Assembly: GCF_030684315.1 (NCBI RefSeq)
Contig: NC_081370.1
Location: forward strand, 23,318,267 to 23,382,266
DNA length: 64,000 nt
Source of the DNA: Stegostoma tigrinum
Lineage: Eukaryota
Direction: 5' to 3'
Positions 1-14,198 of this stretch are shown in pieces; within the stretch, counting starts at the first letter, position 1; the number at the start of each line of letters is the position of its first letter. The position numbers and the translations under genes were made by a program. Under the pieces are notes generated by a model, which saw only the letters and a program-made list of their open reading frames with translations, made no database searches and was not told where the DNA came from.

Positions 1-1769
1 GAATTAATAGAAGGGAATTGATTCAGTCCTCCTGACCTGATTGTGACATGACCAATGACGCTAGTGAGCAAAACAAAGACTCATATGATACAGACTTAAG
101 TCCAGCATTTGAAAGGTCACTTTGAAGTTGGGATTTGAAGGAGTTCAAAGTGTGAAACATCGGGAAAGGAAGTTTGGTAATGGATTGCAAAATGACAAAG
201 TTTGCTTGGTTGAATAATGCCTTCCTCGATGCACAGTAGGAGACTGTGAGGCATTGCACAGACTCACAGTTGCTCCTGTTGAAAGGAAGACTTTCAACAG
301 AACCTTCCTGGCATGCCTACAAATGACATTATACATTACCTGCAGGAACATGATGCCAGGCTGATGGATTTGGTGCATAAAGCAATTTAATGATCTTGTA
401 GATTAAGAAAGGTGAGCACTTTCACATTCTCTTGCATCCACAATGTACCACATCCACAAACTTTCACACCCTCCATGCTGACACACAGTAACAGCGGTGT
501 GTACCATCTCCAAGATGCACTGCAGAAATTCACCAAGGATCCTCAGTTAGTATCTTCCATACTCATGACTACTTCCACCTGGAAAGACAACGGCAGCAGA
601 TCCATTGGAACAGCACCACCTACAAGTTCCCCTCTGAGCCATTCACCATCCAGATGAGGAAATATGTTGCTGTTCCTCCAGAAAGCGACACCCACATCCC
701 ATAAACTTTTTAAAAAGCACTTTTCTCAAACCCTCACTCATCCTTCTCACATCTAATTAATCACATCACTCCTCACTCCCACTTAACCTTGCACATTCAT
801 CTATCTTTTTCTTTCTGATAACTCCTTCATAACGCCATCTATTCCTTGCCCTCCTTATGTAATGTCATAGCTGTTGCCCACACTCTTGCCTATTAGTTAA
901 CATGTTTTGTAGAAATGGTAGAATAGTGTAAAGCTGCTACTCCTGAGGTTCAGACTAATGCTTGGAAGATATGACTTCAAATCTTAACATGGAAACTTAG
1001 TTAAGCACTGGAGCAAAATGCTGGTCTTACTCATAAAGATAATGAAATTACTGGATTGATATTTAAAAGAATCTATCTGCTTCAATAATGTTTTTCAAGG
1101 ATGAAAATTTGTCAGCCTTATCTGCTGTTGCCTATGTATGATTTCTTTGCCACTGCAATGTGATTCCCTCTGATCTAACCTCTGAAATGGTACAGCAAGC
1201 CATCAAGTTGTATCAAACCACTACAGAATAAAGCACTTTGTGTGTACCCAGGCCATGAGGGGTGCAGACATTCAGGAAGATTATAGGTGCTATATGACTG
1301 TCATTTGTTAGTTTAGGAAGGTGTTGCTTTTTGGAGACAAAGTGGGAAGCTTACCATTACTCTTACCAATATGTTGAGCACACTTGGGCCTCCCCAAGTT
1401 TTCCTTTTGTTAACCTCTGTTTAAAAGCTTTAGCAACCTGCGAGAGGATGTGCACATGTTATTGGCCACAGAAAAAAACCACTGTTGATTTTCTGCTTTC
1501 TTTAAGTTTTGATTATGAGTTCCCATATATTAGTATCTAACTGAACAAAAGCATTTTGTTAGAAGTTTGAATCAAGATGATTCTGATTTATACTTGATAA
1601 TAAAATGACAGCTATCTGACATTTTTGTTTCTATAGACCAGAAAAAAAATACACAAACTGATGAACAAACACATTTGCAGTTTAAAAATAAATTATGTGC
1701 AGCTAATGACACATAGAAGTAGCCATTTTTACCCAATGTAAATAACAAATTAAGCAGTTCTTAGACAAA

Positions 1770-2068
1770 GATGGCACAGTGGTTAGCACTGCTGCCTCAT
1801 AGCCCCAGGGGCCCGGGTTTGAATCTAGCCTCGGGCGATTGTCTGTGTCGAGTTTGCACATTCTGCCCATGTCTGCGTGGGTTTCCTCCGGCGGTCCAAA
1901 AATGTGCAGGTTAGATGGTTTGGCCATGCTAAATTGCCCATAGTGTTCAGGGAGGTGTAGGTGAGGTGGGTAATAGAGTGATGTATCTGGGTGCGATGCT
2001 CTGAGGTTCAGTGTGGACTTGTTGAACCGAAGGGCCTGTTTCCACACTGTAGGGATTCTAGGATTCTA
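1770..2068 (+). mobile_element. tRNA-derived V-SINE (HE1-like)
   Basis: Head tggcacagtggttagcactgctgcctca, B-box-like ggtttgaatc, V-domain-like gtgtcgagtttgcacattct...gggtttcctcc, ggattcta tail. Confidence 0.85.
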
Positions 2069-3582
2069 TTAACTCTCCTGTGACAGACTTAGAGACTTAT
2101 TAATATGGTTTGCAATTGTTTAAGTGATCCTTGTGCCTATAATTAAATGTTTTGTTGCTTGGTAAAGGAGTTCAGGCCATTTAAGTATTTTTTTCATGTT
2201 TATTATAGCAGAAAATCCCATGTTCATTTGGCGTTTTGTGCTGACTTTGCGCATAAGAGAGGTAATAGCTGCAGACTGGTTCTCAGCACTCCTAGATAAT
2301 AAGGAGGTAAAATCAGACACATTGGAAAATTAGCAATGGTGATTGGCTATTATTCACTGGCACCTGCTGGAAAATTTATGCATGGATGCTAAATGATTAC
2401 TGGAAGCAAAATGTAGCATGAAGAATATCTTTAATATGATTTGGCAAAAGCCCTGTATTTGCTTTTATGATTTATCCATTTATTTCATCACTTTTGGAAA
2501 GGAAAATGAATCTCAAGTTCAATGTGCAATATACTGTTGGGTTCCATTCAATGTCTGAGAATAGAGGAACATTTGGAGAAACATATTTGAATTATGGAGA
2601 AAGCTCCCATTGTGTTAAAAACATATTTTGACATTGTTTCAAACACTGCAAGAAAATAATGTGTTAAATCATCCAGTTCAGATTAATTTCCTTAAACATT
2701 AACAAGTAAATAGCTTGATACAAGCCTAAGATAGTTACATTAAAATGGGTCACTAATGAAAAGATTTTATGATGGCACTCTGCTTAACAAACAATTCTTC
2801 ATGTCACAGTCATCACCTATTTTGATATTATCCATTTAGTGTTCAGTGATAATCATGCAAACCCACCGTTGTATTCTCGTATAGATTCTAGACAAGATAG
2901 GCCTGTGTTTTTTTAGACAGATTACTTAACATCACAACATGTGACATACCAGAGTAGAGTCATTCTGCTTGTGTAATATATTGTGTAGTCAATCAGCTTT
3001 GTATAATGTATGGTATCATTAGTAATCACCAGAATTCAGATTATGTGTGTACATCTATGATATTATAGCAATGCAAATCGTGCCATTAATAAAATTCAAG
3101 ATATGACTCAACAGGAACCCAACTGTTGCTACTGTCTGCCACACGAGCTAACATAGCGAAAACCACAAACTAGCAGTGTTTTATATTGCAATGACCAATA
3201 TTTTGAGGTCCACGCTATTACCTCAGTTAACATTCATTGAGGGCTAAACTCCTTTCCACTTAGTTTCACAGCTTATGCTATCGCTAGTGGAGTTCCCAAT
3301 TACTCTCCACCCATAGTGTTATCCCCGTCCTCAAAGGTCAGTAACCAGTTCTGGTACAGTAACTTCCAAATTCTGCTTGAAGTGAGACATGGTGAGGGTG
3401 GATTGCATGGTAATGAAAGTAAATGTATAGGTGCCAGTGGAAGTGGAGGGAATGATGGCAGTGAAAAACAAATTACATCTCCTTTATTGTATACCAGATT
3501 GAAAATAAGCTTCAATCCTCATTATCCAAGTTGGTCGTTCATTTTAAGAGCTCTGGTAAAGCCAGAGTAAAAAGAGCGATTG

Positions 3583-3890
3583 GGGCGGCACGGTGGCTCA
3601 GTGGTTAGCACTACAGCCTCACAGCACCAGGGACCTGGGTTCAATTCCAGCCTCGGGCAACTGCCTGTGTGGAGTTTGCACATTCTCCCCGTGTCTACAT
3701 GGGTTTCCTCCGGGTGCTCCAGTTTCCTCCCACAGTCCAAAGATGTGCAGGCTAGGTGGATTGGCCATGCTAAGTTGCCCATAGTGTTCAGGGGTGTGTG
3801 GGTTATAGGGGGACGGGTCTGGGTGGGATGCTTGAAGGGGTTGTGTGGACTTTTTGGGCCGAAGGGCCTGTTTCCATACTGTAGGGAATC
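3583..3890 (+). mobile_element. tRNA-derived V-SINE (HE1-like)
   Basis: gggcggcacggtggctcagtggttagc head, ggttcaattcc B box, V domain, CR1-type 3' end. Confidence 0.9.
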
Positions 3891-4645
3891 AAATGGAATT
3901 TAATAAAAGAGAGTGGATGTTGAAATACTGAGGAGTGAATCACAGTGAAAGAAGGGTGAATAACAATAAATGAAGAGTAATGACATTGGGGAAAAAAATG
4001 ATAATGGAGAGGGTAAAGTGAGGAGTTTTGAAAACGTGGAAAAATAATGGTAGGAAGTTGCAGCAATGAAGGAGAGGAGCTGAATCTCAGTAAACAAAGG
4101 AATGGGAAGCAATAAAATCAAAGAGAGATGGAACACAATGGGTGACAATGAAGGGAGGAGCTGAATAGTAAGTGTAGGAAGGAGGAGACATGTTACAATA
4201 AAAGGAAGATTTTAAAAAATATTTTTCTATTTGTTTTTGATGTCACTGGCAAGCACACATATCTCCCTGAATGACTGCAGTCCATTTGTTTGGTGCACCT
4301 GCAGTGCTGTTAGGAAATTAACAATAACAAAAGAGTTATCAGTTAGCAAAAGCCAAGAGTGACACACAGGATGTGGGAGGAAAGAAAGGGCTACAGTGAG
4401 AGAAAGTGGTGAAGATGTATATTAATTTGAACTGCTGAATGAGAGGTTACCTTCAAAGTACAACAGTGGTGGCATTAGTCTGACTGCATTAAAAAGAAAT
4501 ATGACTGTTATGTTGAATTGAAAGGGGTGCATGGAAAACGTTGGAACGAACTCTGCAGTATTGAAAGAGAGCACTACCTATAGAAACATAACATGCCCAA
4601 TGATTGCTGGGCCCAATTGATATAAATAGTTAAATTTCAGTGGCA

Positions 4646-4846
4646 GAGATAGTAGGAACTGCAGATTCTGGAGAATCTGAGGTAACAAGGTGTAGAGCTG
4701 GACGAACACAGCAGGCCAAGCAGCATCAGAGGAGCAGGAAAGCTGACATTTCGGGCCTAGACCCTTCTCCTGAAAAGTCGGCTTTCCTGCTGTTCTGACG
4801 CTGCTTGGCCTACTGTGTTCATCCAGCTCTACACCTTGTTATCCTT
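4646..4846. mobile_element. Miniature palindromic PLE-terminus element (M1), apex partly deleted
   Basis: Two inverted copies of the PLE 3' terminus. TSD AATTTCAGTGGCA at 4633-4645 and 4847-4859. Confidence 0.85.
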
Positions 4847-6145
4847 AATTTCAGTGGCAAGCTGATTAATGTGTCATTGAGAAAATGATCTCTGGACGTT
4901 CTTAAAGGTACCATTCAAGGGAGTATCTTGCCAAGTCCAAATAAGACATCAAAAAATCCACTATTACCATTGTAAAAGCATTGAGGTTCAAAATAAACTA
5001 TGAATAGAATGAGAAATGAGAATTTTAAAATTTGAATGTAAAGGCAACTGGTATTGTAAACACCTGATAAATGTTTGATGATCATGATTTATCATATCAA
5101 TTAGCCACATACATCTGTTAATTGTTCAGCAATGACACAATTTGCAATACAATTTGTTCAAAACAAAGTGAATAGGACTGAGACTTTCCAGGGGATAAAT
5201 GTTATGGGTCCCTTATCAACCAGTTTAAAAGTGGGCATTGGGGATAGTGGGATAGCATTGTAAATTGATCAGCCTGCCACCTTCCCTCCCACCCTTAACC
5301 TGTCAGCCATTTTAGGTGTTTTGAGGAGTGAATTGAGGGGGGCACTGGTGGTGGTGTGTAATGTCCTTTTGAGCTGGGTGGCCACATGGGATGATTCTGC
5401 ATACACCGATCCTCAGCATTGCTTGTAGCCCTAGGAGTAGGCACTACTGTTTTCAAGCACTGATTGGACTATAGAACTGCCAATCAGTCAAATTGGGCAC
5501 CAACTCGTTCTAACCTTGAGGAATTGAAGAATCCAGTCTGCTCCAATTATTGCTATGGAGTGGTCAGATTTTACATCATTGGCATTTCAGTCACTTTTTA
5601 GCTGTGCGGCTGAGGGTGAGACGCATGGATAATTTATCCTCCTATCCATCCCTTGGTCTACACCACCACACTGTTTGTAGGTAGAGTTTGACACCAGTAT
5701 AATACAAGAAAGGTGATGCCATTGTCACATTTAATTAAGCAATGAGGCCTATAATATAAAATTCATTCAATGCAGTTATTGAATCAATTTAAGTATACCA
5801 CGCTATTTTCCTGCAAGTAAATAGTGCAAATAATAAAGGGTTATAAATTATATTATATTAGTGAATAAAACAACAGTGATAATTAAGTTAAAATATTGCC
5901 TCACCTTATGAAGCACATTATCCACCAGTCATACATAGAATGAATATCAAATTATTATTTATTCTAATGTTTAGATTCAAAGGAGTTTAATGCTTCACTT
6001 TCCCCCCCGCAATATGTCATTGTCTGCTCATGTTGATCTATGTAAAAACTAAGTCATGTCTTTGTGTGATGAATTATAGATGCTGAGATCATATTGATGT
6101 AGCAGTGATTGGCATGACATTAATCAAAATATAATTTTATTCTAG

Positions 6146-6199
6146 TTCACATCAGACCAGATTGCAGGAAAAGATGTTCGCCTCTTGAGAATTAAGAAG
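6146..6199 (+). CDS. USH1C: Harmonin internal exon (FTSDQIAGKDVRLLRIKK), start of PDZ3
   Basis: AG acceptor 6144-6145, GT donor 6200-6201, 54 nt, phase 0-0. The peptide matches vertebrate harmonin FTPEQIMGKDVRLLRIKK as I recall it. Upstream exons were not found in the window. Confidence 0.95.
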
Positions 6200-6959
6200 G
6201 TAACAAGAATTATTTCTCCAGCAGAATTTATATTCAAATTCTGAAGTAGAAACATGCCTATTTTATATGCTTTAATCTCATCCTATTCCTTCTGTCTATA
6301 AACTATATCTGCAAGTTAAATCAAAATATTTTCAGGAGGCTGCTCTGCATTGCAGTTTTTGCACAAAATTAATTTTACTGTACAGTTGATGCAGCATTTT
6401 GTCCATGAAGCATTTGATAAATAATATCCCTGCAATGTCATCTTGGTACTGAGAGCAGATGGAATACTTGGCTTCAAACTGCAAGATTTCAGGTTCATGT
6501 ATTGGGGTTGTCACTTTATTTGGAGGATGAATTTTGTCAGTTTTTGGCCAGGTGTCAGCATGTGGAAGTCTCAATGGAGTTTAAATGTTCAATGAGGAAA
6601 TGAAAAAGCAATGAATAATCAACAAGGTGTTACTCGAAATTTGTAGACTGCAAGTTTAATTTGCAGTTTGAAAATAATCAGTTATTTTCTGAGGTTAAGA
6701 ACAGTTAACATTTGCAGATATTCGGATGAATCTTAATAAGGAATTAAAATTTTTTTTAAATAGTCATGTTTCACCTATATAGCTGCTCTCTGTCAGCCTG
6801 TGAATGATATTGCATGAATTTCTGCATTAATCTCTTTGAATCTTGGCAACACTGGTGAAGGCCATATTTATAAACATCTTTGTGATCCACATTATATCTG
6901 TACATTCCTCAAAAAAGTGATTGATTTAAGCTCGAATCATAAACTCTTATTGAACATTT

Positions 6960-8190
6960 GAATAGGTACTCCACAAAAGGTCAATATGCAACATGACAGC
7001 TTGTGCACCTGGGTGATGATATATTTGTATGGCTGGAAGATTTATTCATGGACAGAGAGCAGAGTAGGTAAATGAGGATTTTCAAGTCGGTAGGCTGTAA
7101 ATAAGGGAGTCACACAAAGATCAGTGCTGAGGCCTCAACTATTCATAATCCATATTAATGACTTGGAAGAAAGACTGGGAGCAATGTCTCCAAGTTTGCT
7201 AATGGGTCCAACCCAAATGGGAATGTAAGCTATGAGGAAGACACCAAGGGGCAACAAAGAGATATAGCCAGGTTAAGTGAATAAATAACAAGTTGGAATA
7301 CGGCGAATAATGCTGAGAAGTTTATTGGTTATTCAGTTTTGCATTAAACAAAGGAAAACAGGAAAATGACGTTTGTTTTTCATTGCAAATAAACTGGAGA
7401 ACAGAATAAACAAGTCCTATTACAATTATATGTGGCTAGTTCAGGATTCTGTTAAGGCTAATGTGCAGGTTCATTTGGCAGTTTGGAAGACAAGTGTGAT
7501 ATTAGCATTCATTTTGAGGGAGTTAGATTACAAGAGCAGGGATATCCTGCTGCAGCTGTGTAAGACTCTGGTCAGACCACATTTGGAATACTGTGAGCAA
7601 TTTTGTGTATCTAAGGAAGGATGTATTGGCTTTGGAAGGAGTCCAGAGAAATTTCACAATAATGTCCTGGGGATGAAGGCTTGTCATACGAAGAACTATT
7701 GAGGTCTCTGAGTCTGTACTTGATAGAGTTTAGAAGGATGAGGAGGAATCTGATTGAAACTTGCAGAATACTGAGAGGCCTGGATAGAGTGGGTATGGAG
7801 AAGATGTTTCCACTCGAAGGAGAGATTAAGACCCAAAGGCATGCTTACAGAATGAAGGGGTGACCCATTAAAATTGAGATGAAGAAGAATTTATTCAGCC
7901 AGAGAGTGGTGAAGCTGAGGAACTCATTGCTGCACAAGGCTGTGGAGGCTAAGCCATTGAGTGTCTTAAAAACAGAGACAGATATGTTCTCGGAGGTAGC
8001 AAAAGCTGTCGATGCTGGAGTCACAGATGACAGTGTGGAGCTGGAGGAACATAGCAGGCCAGGCAGCATCAGAGGAGCAGGGAAAATTGAGTTAAGACAG
8101 AAGATCAAATGTGGTCATACTGAATGATGGAGCCTGCTTGAGGGGCCATGTTGTCTATTCTTACTCCTACTTCTTGTAATCTAATGTTAG
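6960..8190 (+). mobile_element. CR1 LINE ORF2 3' fragment, with a short PLE-terminus fragment at about 7995-8090
   Basis: KTLVRPHLEYC, YEE.LRSL.LY..EFRRMR.NLIET and FSQRVV motifs in ORFs 7373-8127. Confidence 0.85.
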
Positions 8191-9114
8191 AGAAGTGGCT
8201 CTATTGTGTCAATGACAACAATAGATTTCCATTCCCCTCTGGTCACATGCCAAGGACCCACAACACAGTGACCTAAAATGGATGTAACAGCACCTGATGT
8301 GGCTTGACTTTATTCTGCGAATATATCACCAGCTGTATTACATCACTAATAACAAAATGTTCATGAATTTCATAAAAGTTCATATAATTGTAAGGCTTGA
8401 TTTTAACCTCCAGCTGATTGGTTGGAGTACCTGGCTGCCTACTGCAGCTTTTCATTTACTCCCTCAGTCTCAGTAATTTTCTGCCAAGTAAATTTCCATA
8501 GGAATACTCATTGATGGTGGTATTTAGAAAGAAAAGGGAGCAAGTAAAAATATTTTAAAACTGCTATTCATTATTTTCAACTAGCCTTAACTCGATAGTT
8601 GTTTCTTTCAGATTTTCTTTTAAATGTGAAAATATAGCTGTTATAGTTGTTTTGATCTGAGATTTAGCAATGCAAAATTGAAGTACTACAGTGTCTCAGG
8701 CTGTTATTGACATTTGTAGAGTCCTTGGTCATTTAGTTAATAGCGATGTCATTTATTGCATTGTCAAATGCACGCTGGTAGCTGTTTGAGCATTTGTAAT
8801 TACCAATGTAAAATTTCAAAATGTTGTATCACTTACAGCACTTGCATTAGGGCAGATGTTCAATAGCTTCAAATGTGATTTCCATTTACTTTTTACCAGT
8901 CTTTTTATGATCTCTGAAAAATGTTCCCTGCAGCCTATCAAACTGCTGCCAGTATAAGCAGTATTGTATCATTCACAGTGCATCGCTACTGATGATTGTT
9001 AGTGACGAAAGATCTGGCCTGTAAGTATAGCATAAAAACTGCATTGAAAATGAAAGTTGTTAGAATTCTATAATTGAGCTACCAAGTGTTATGATTATCT
9101 GTTCTGTTATGTAG

Positions 9115-9214
9115 GAAGGACCATTAGATCTTGCAGTCGAGGGGGGCATCAATTCCCCACTTGGGAAGATTGTTGTATCTGCAATCTACGATGGAGGCGC
9201 CGCAGATAAGCATG
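9115..9214 (+). CDS. USH1C: Harmonin PDZ3 exon ([34 protein letters not shown])
   Basis: tgtag acceptor, gtacag donor, 100 nt, phase 0-1, in frame with the previous exon. PDZ-type sequence. Confidence 0.95.
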
Positions 9215-9664
9215 GTACAGTTATTTCTCTTGTATCCTGACATTCTCTTGATTTGATAAAAATTGACTTCTACTTTTGAGACCACTTTCCTATTCTAGTA
9301 CTTATTGAGTTGAGTTTGTACCCTTGAGGAAGGGTCTAAGCAAAAGTCTTAAAATTAAAAAGAAATCCTTTGTGATGTGTAATAATAATTCTCTCAAATG
9401 TTCTTGGTGTTGGACTGAAACCAACTTAAACATTTCAACTTTTTTCTGAGACTTCTTCATGTTATTTTCAAAGTTGCAAAGCTCTTGACTCTACTGTACA
9501 ATTCGCTGCACAGATAAGCTCCAGTCTTTTAAGGAGATGAAAGGTGGAAAGAGCAGTCCTAACTGAGTCCGTGAAGTATCAAGTTTTACTAACTTTGTTG
9601 GAAACGTGTCCTTGTCCAAATTTAGATAAGATTTAGTTTCTAATTAGTTTGAGTTTCATTCTAA

Positions 9665-10083
9665 TTAGATTAGGATTATTTTCATTAGAAAGACGGAGAT
9701 TGAGGGGGGACCTGATTGAGGTCTACAAAATCATGAGGGGTATAGACAAGGTGGATAGCAAGAAGCTTTTTCCCAGAGTGGGGGACTCAATTACTAGGGG
9801 CCATGAGTTCAAAGTGAGAGGAGGAAAGTTTAAGGGAGATATGCATGGAAAGTTCTTTACACAGAGGGTGGTGGGTGCCTGGAACGCGTTGCCAGCGGAG
9901 GTGGTAGACGCAGACACATTAGTATCTTTTAAGACGTATCTGGACAGGTACATGGATGGGCAGGGAGCAAAGGGATACGGACCCTTAGAAAATAGATGAT
10001 AGGCTTAGACAGAGGATCTTGATCGGCGCAGGCACGGAGGACCGAAGGGCCCGTTCCTGTGCTATGATTTTCTTTGTTCTTTG
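9665..10083 (+). mobile_element. CR1 LINE 3' end (young)
   Basis: LGLFSLERRRLRGDLIEVYKIM..RGHEFK..FFTQRVVGAWNALP, 3' UTR and (tctttgt) tail. Confidence 0.92.
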
Positions 10084-10289
10084 GTTAATACCAATGCAGA
10101 ATCATTGCTGTATTTGTTAGATTGAGAAACCATTATTAGATTACAGAATAGATTGATGGAATTTGTGAGTAACTTGCCAGTTAGATATGTTTCAACTTGG
10201 AAGCTACCACAGTGACTCTGACATCCTTCTGTCTCTGAAGTTCAATACTTTTCTTAGATATATGAATCTAATTCCAGAATCTGAGTCAT

Positions 10290-10560
10290 GTTTAAGTCAT
10301 GTACGTTCCACTTGAGAGCTTGAGTGTAAAATGCAAAGCTGACTATCCAGCGCAGTACTCAGAGCGCATTCCAATGTTAGAGGTATCTTCTTTTGAATAA
10401 GGGAATAAACCAAGATTCTACCAGCCTGTTTGGGTAGTTGTAAATGATGCATCACGCTGATTTGAAGAAAATTGGGAGAGTTATTCCCCATGTCCTCAGT
10501 GATGCTTATCCCTCAATCAACATTGCAATAAACAGAATATCTGTTCATTTATGCATTACT
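10290..10560 (+). mobile_element. Degenerate Deu-domain SINE (AmnSINE/SacSINE-like), next to the P1 insertion
   Basis: Resembles the Deu core (tttgaagaa..gggagagtt..tgtcct..ttatccctcaatcaacat..aacagaatatctg). Confidence 0.6.
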
Positions 10561-10590
10561 ACAGCAAAAACAATTTTATGCATGAATTTT

Positions 10591-12830
10591 GATCGGAGAT
10601 AATAGGAACTGCAGATGCTGAAGAATACAAGATAACAAAGTGTGGAGCTGGATGAACACAGCAGGCCAAGCAGCATCTTAGGAGCACAAAAGCTGACGTT
10701 TTTGGCCTCGACCCTTCTTCAGAAAAGGGGGATGGGGAGAGGGTTCTGAAATAAATAGGGAGAGAAGGCGAGGCGGACTGAAGATGGATACAGGACAAGA
10801 TAGGTGGAGAGGAGAGTATAGGTGGGGAGGTAGGGAGGGGATAGATCAGTCCAGGGAGGACGGACAGGTCAAGAGGGCGGGATGAGGTTAGTAGGTAGGA
10901 AATTGAGGTGGGAGGAGGGGATAGGTGAGAGGAAGAACAGGTTAGGGAGGCGGAGATGAGCTGGGCTGGTTTTGGGATGCAGTAGGGATGAGGGGAGATT
11001 TTGAAGCTTGTGAAAGCCACATTGATATCATCGGGCTGCAGGGTTCCCAAGTGGAATACGAGTTTCCGTTCCGCAACCTTCCGGTGGCATCATTATGGCA
11101 CTGCAGGAGGCCCAGGACGGACATGTCGTCTAAGGAATGGGAAGGGGTGTTAAAATGGTTCGCGACTGGGAGGTGCAGTTGTTTATTGTGAACTGAGAGT
11201 AGGCATTCTGCAAAGTGGTCCCCAAGCCTCCGCTTGGTTTCCCCAATGTGGAGGAAGCCACAACAGGTACAGCGGATGCAGTATACCACATTGGCAGATG
11301 TACAGGTGAACATCTGTTTGATGTGAGGGGGCAAGTGTAGCACTTCCTGCGGTTGCACGGGGAAGTGCCAGGTGTGGTGGGGTTGGAGGGGAGTGTGGAG
11401 CTGACAAGGGAGTCCCGGAGAGAGTGGTCTCACCGGAAGGCAGACAGGGGTGGGGATGGGAAAATGTCTTTGGTGGTGGGGTCAGATTGTAGATGACGGA
11501 AGTGTCGGAGAAGGGTCCCACCCACCTTCCTGCAGACCAATGTCCATTTCAAGCCCACCAACTCCCACAGCTACCTAGAATACACCTCCTCCCACACACC
11601 CTCCTGCAAAAAGTCCGTCCCCCATTCCCAATTCCTTCACCTCCGCCACATCTGCTCCCAGGATGAGGCATTCTACTCCCGTACATCCCGGATGTCCTCG
11701 TTCTTCAAGGACCGCAACTCCCCCCCCCCCCCCCCCCCCCCCTCCCACCCCGGCAGTGGTCGAGAACACCCCCAACCGTGTCTCCCGCATTTCCCACAAC
11801 TCATCCCTCACACACCGTCCCCCGCAATATCCGCCAAAAGAGAATCCCCCTCGTCCTCACATACCACCCCACCAACCTCCGGATTCAACACATCATCCTC
11901 TAACACTTCCGCTGTCAACATTCCGACCCACCACCAAAGATATTTTTCCATCCCCACCCTTGTCTGCCTTCTGGAGAGACCACTCTCTCCGGGAGTTGCT
12001 TGTCCGCTCCACTCTCCCCTCCAACCCCACCACACCCGGCACTTTCCCCTGCAACCGCAGGAAGTGCTACACTTGCCCCCACACCACCTCCCTCACCCCC
12101 ATCCCAGGCCCCAAGATGACTTTCCACATCAAACAGATGTTCACCTGCACATCTGCCAATGTGGCATACTGCATCCGCTGTACCCGTTGTGGCTTCCTCT
12201 ACATTGGGAAAACTAAGCGGAGGCTTGGGGACCGCTTTGCAGAACACCTCCGCTCGGTTCGCAATAAACAACTGCACCTCCCAGTCGCAAACCATTTTAA
12301 CACCCCCTCCTATTCCTTAGACGACATGCCCATCCTGGGCCTCCTGCAGTGCCATAATGATGCTGCTTGAAGGTTACAGGAACAGCAACTCATATTCCAC
12401 TTGGGAACCCTGCATCCCAATGATATCAATGTGGCTTTCACAAGCTTCAAAATCTCCCCTCCCCCCCCACTGCATCCCAAAACCAGCCCAGCTCGTCCCC
12501 ACCTCCCTAACCTGTTCTTCCTCTCACCTATCCCCTCCTCCCACCTCAGCCGCACCTCCATTTCCTGCCTACTGAGCTCATCCCACCCCCTTGAACTGTC
12601 CGTCCTCCCCGGACTGACCTACCCCTCCCCACCTCCCCACCTATACACTCCCCTCCACCTATCTTGTCCTGTATCCATCTTCAGTCCACCTCCCCCTCTC
12701 TCCCTATTTATTTCAGAACCCTCTACCCATCCCCCTCTCTGATGAAGGGTCAAGGCCCATTCCATCAGCTTTTGTGCTCCTGAGATGCTGCTTGGCCTGC
12801 TGTGTTCATCCAGTTCCACACTTTGTTATA
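10591..12830. mobile_element. Penelope-like retroelement, inverted two-arm insertion (P1)
   Basis: Minus arm about 10591-11512 and plus arm about 11535-12830. GIY-YIG motif VAYCIRCTRCGFLYIGKTKRRLGDRFAEH (ORF 11663-12370). TSD TTAT(G/A)CATGAATTTT at 10576-10590 and 12826-12840. Confidence 0.92.
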
Positions 12831-14198
12831 CATGAATTTTATTTGACTGCAAGTATTTTGGATGTCTGGTGATGTTTCTGCATATCTTTTCTCTTTACAC
12901 ATGGTTACGTAAAAATGCAAGCACCAACATCAAGGGTAACCTGTAGAAAATCTTATTTACTTTTCAAAAATGAAATATTATTCACACTGTTATAATCAAA
13001 TGAAAATCTTTTTGTTTAACAAAGAAATCATAAGTTTTTCTCTTCCTGTTTCTGTGACTTCTGTGTAGTGATGCCACTGTGGCTTCAGCAAAGCTAAAGA
13101 TGGGTTGCAGTTTTCTTTGCTTTGGAACCTATGAGGGCCCTGCCAAATATAGCCTGTTTGCAGTTGTGAATCACTGGAGTGGGAAGCAACCTGTCAGTGT
13201 CTGATTGAGAGGAAGTTAGAGGTGTGGAGGAAGGGGAACAAGCAATGAGCAGTGGGCGTACTGTAAGATGAATTCCCACTTCCAGCAGCCTGTTCTCCAA
13301 CCTCCCTCTTGTAGTACACCTGCAATTTCTCTGCAAACAGGAAGCTTGAACACTTCGCTGCATGTCAGTGAGTCATTGAGTACCCATGGTAAATCCTTCC
13401 TCTATCTAGTGTAAGGAGGCAGGCAGTGGATTGGTATCAGCTGACATGTACCGTCTGCAAGTGATGCTCTATCTAGATGGTGCTAATACCTGAGAAATAA
13501 TGGTACTTTCACTTGGTTTCAGTCTCATATCAAGGATGTGCATAGCTTCAGGAAATTCTGACAGAGCCACTGATGTTTTTAGCTGCTAAGCCATATCTTT
13601 TCTGCTTGATTGATATTCCCTTAAGCTCAGCATCTGGGTCCATCTGAGCAATGCTTGGAGGGACGGTCCCCTTCAAAATGGACCCTCCACTATTGTTCAT
13701 GTCCAACTGCTCCAACTCAAATGTGAAGTATGCCTTTCTATGTGATAATTGCTCACCCTTTCCTAGATCTCCTGAGCAGCTGAAAGTTTTGAGATATCAA
13801 AGACATGAGTTAGCGCTGACATTGAGAGGGCTCACAAATTCAATTTAGTGCAGACCATAACAGCTCACTTATAAGGGATATGTATTCTACATGATTGATA
13901 GTTAAGTTCGAAATGTCACCAGGTCTCTGGACCATTGCTAACTCTCCATTGCCACTACTCAGTAATTGGGCCACCTGACAGATCTCGGTTATTGTTAGAG
14001 CAGCAATATGTGCTAGTCTGCCCTGATTCTCTGAAATTCCCTTGGAGTTTTGGGATTTTTTTTCAGTAATGATAAAAGAGTTATGAGTTTGAGAACCTTG
14101 TGACGATACTAGGGTTTTACGAGGTGTAATCTGTCTTCTTTTTATGAAGAGAGATTGAGACAGAGGCGCTGAGTGTTGAGCTCAAAGCCAATAAGGTA

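Noticed and set aside
3583-3660. tRNA-like sequence
   Set aside because: It is the head of a V-SINE and continues into the V domain; not a tRNA gene.
11720-11742. Poly-C run giving a poly-Pro / poly-Gly ORF (also 22706-22721)
   Set aside because: Homopolymer expansion or sequencing artefact within a PLE copy; it shifts the element frame.
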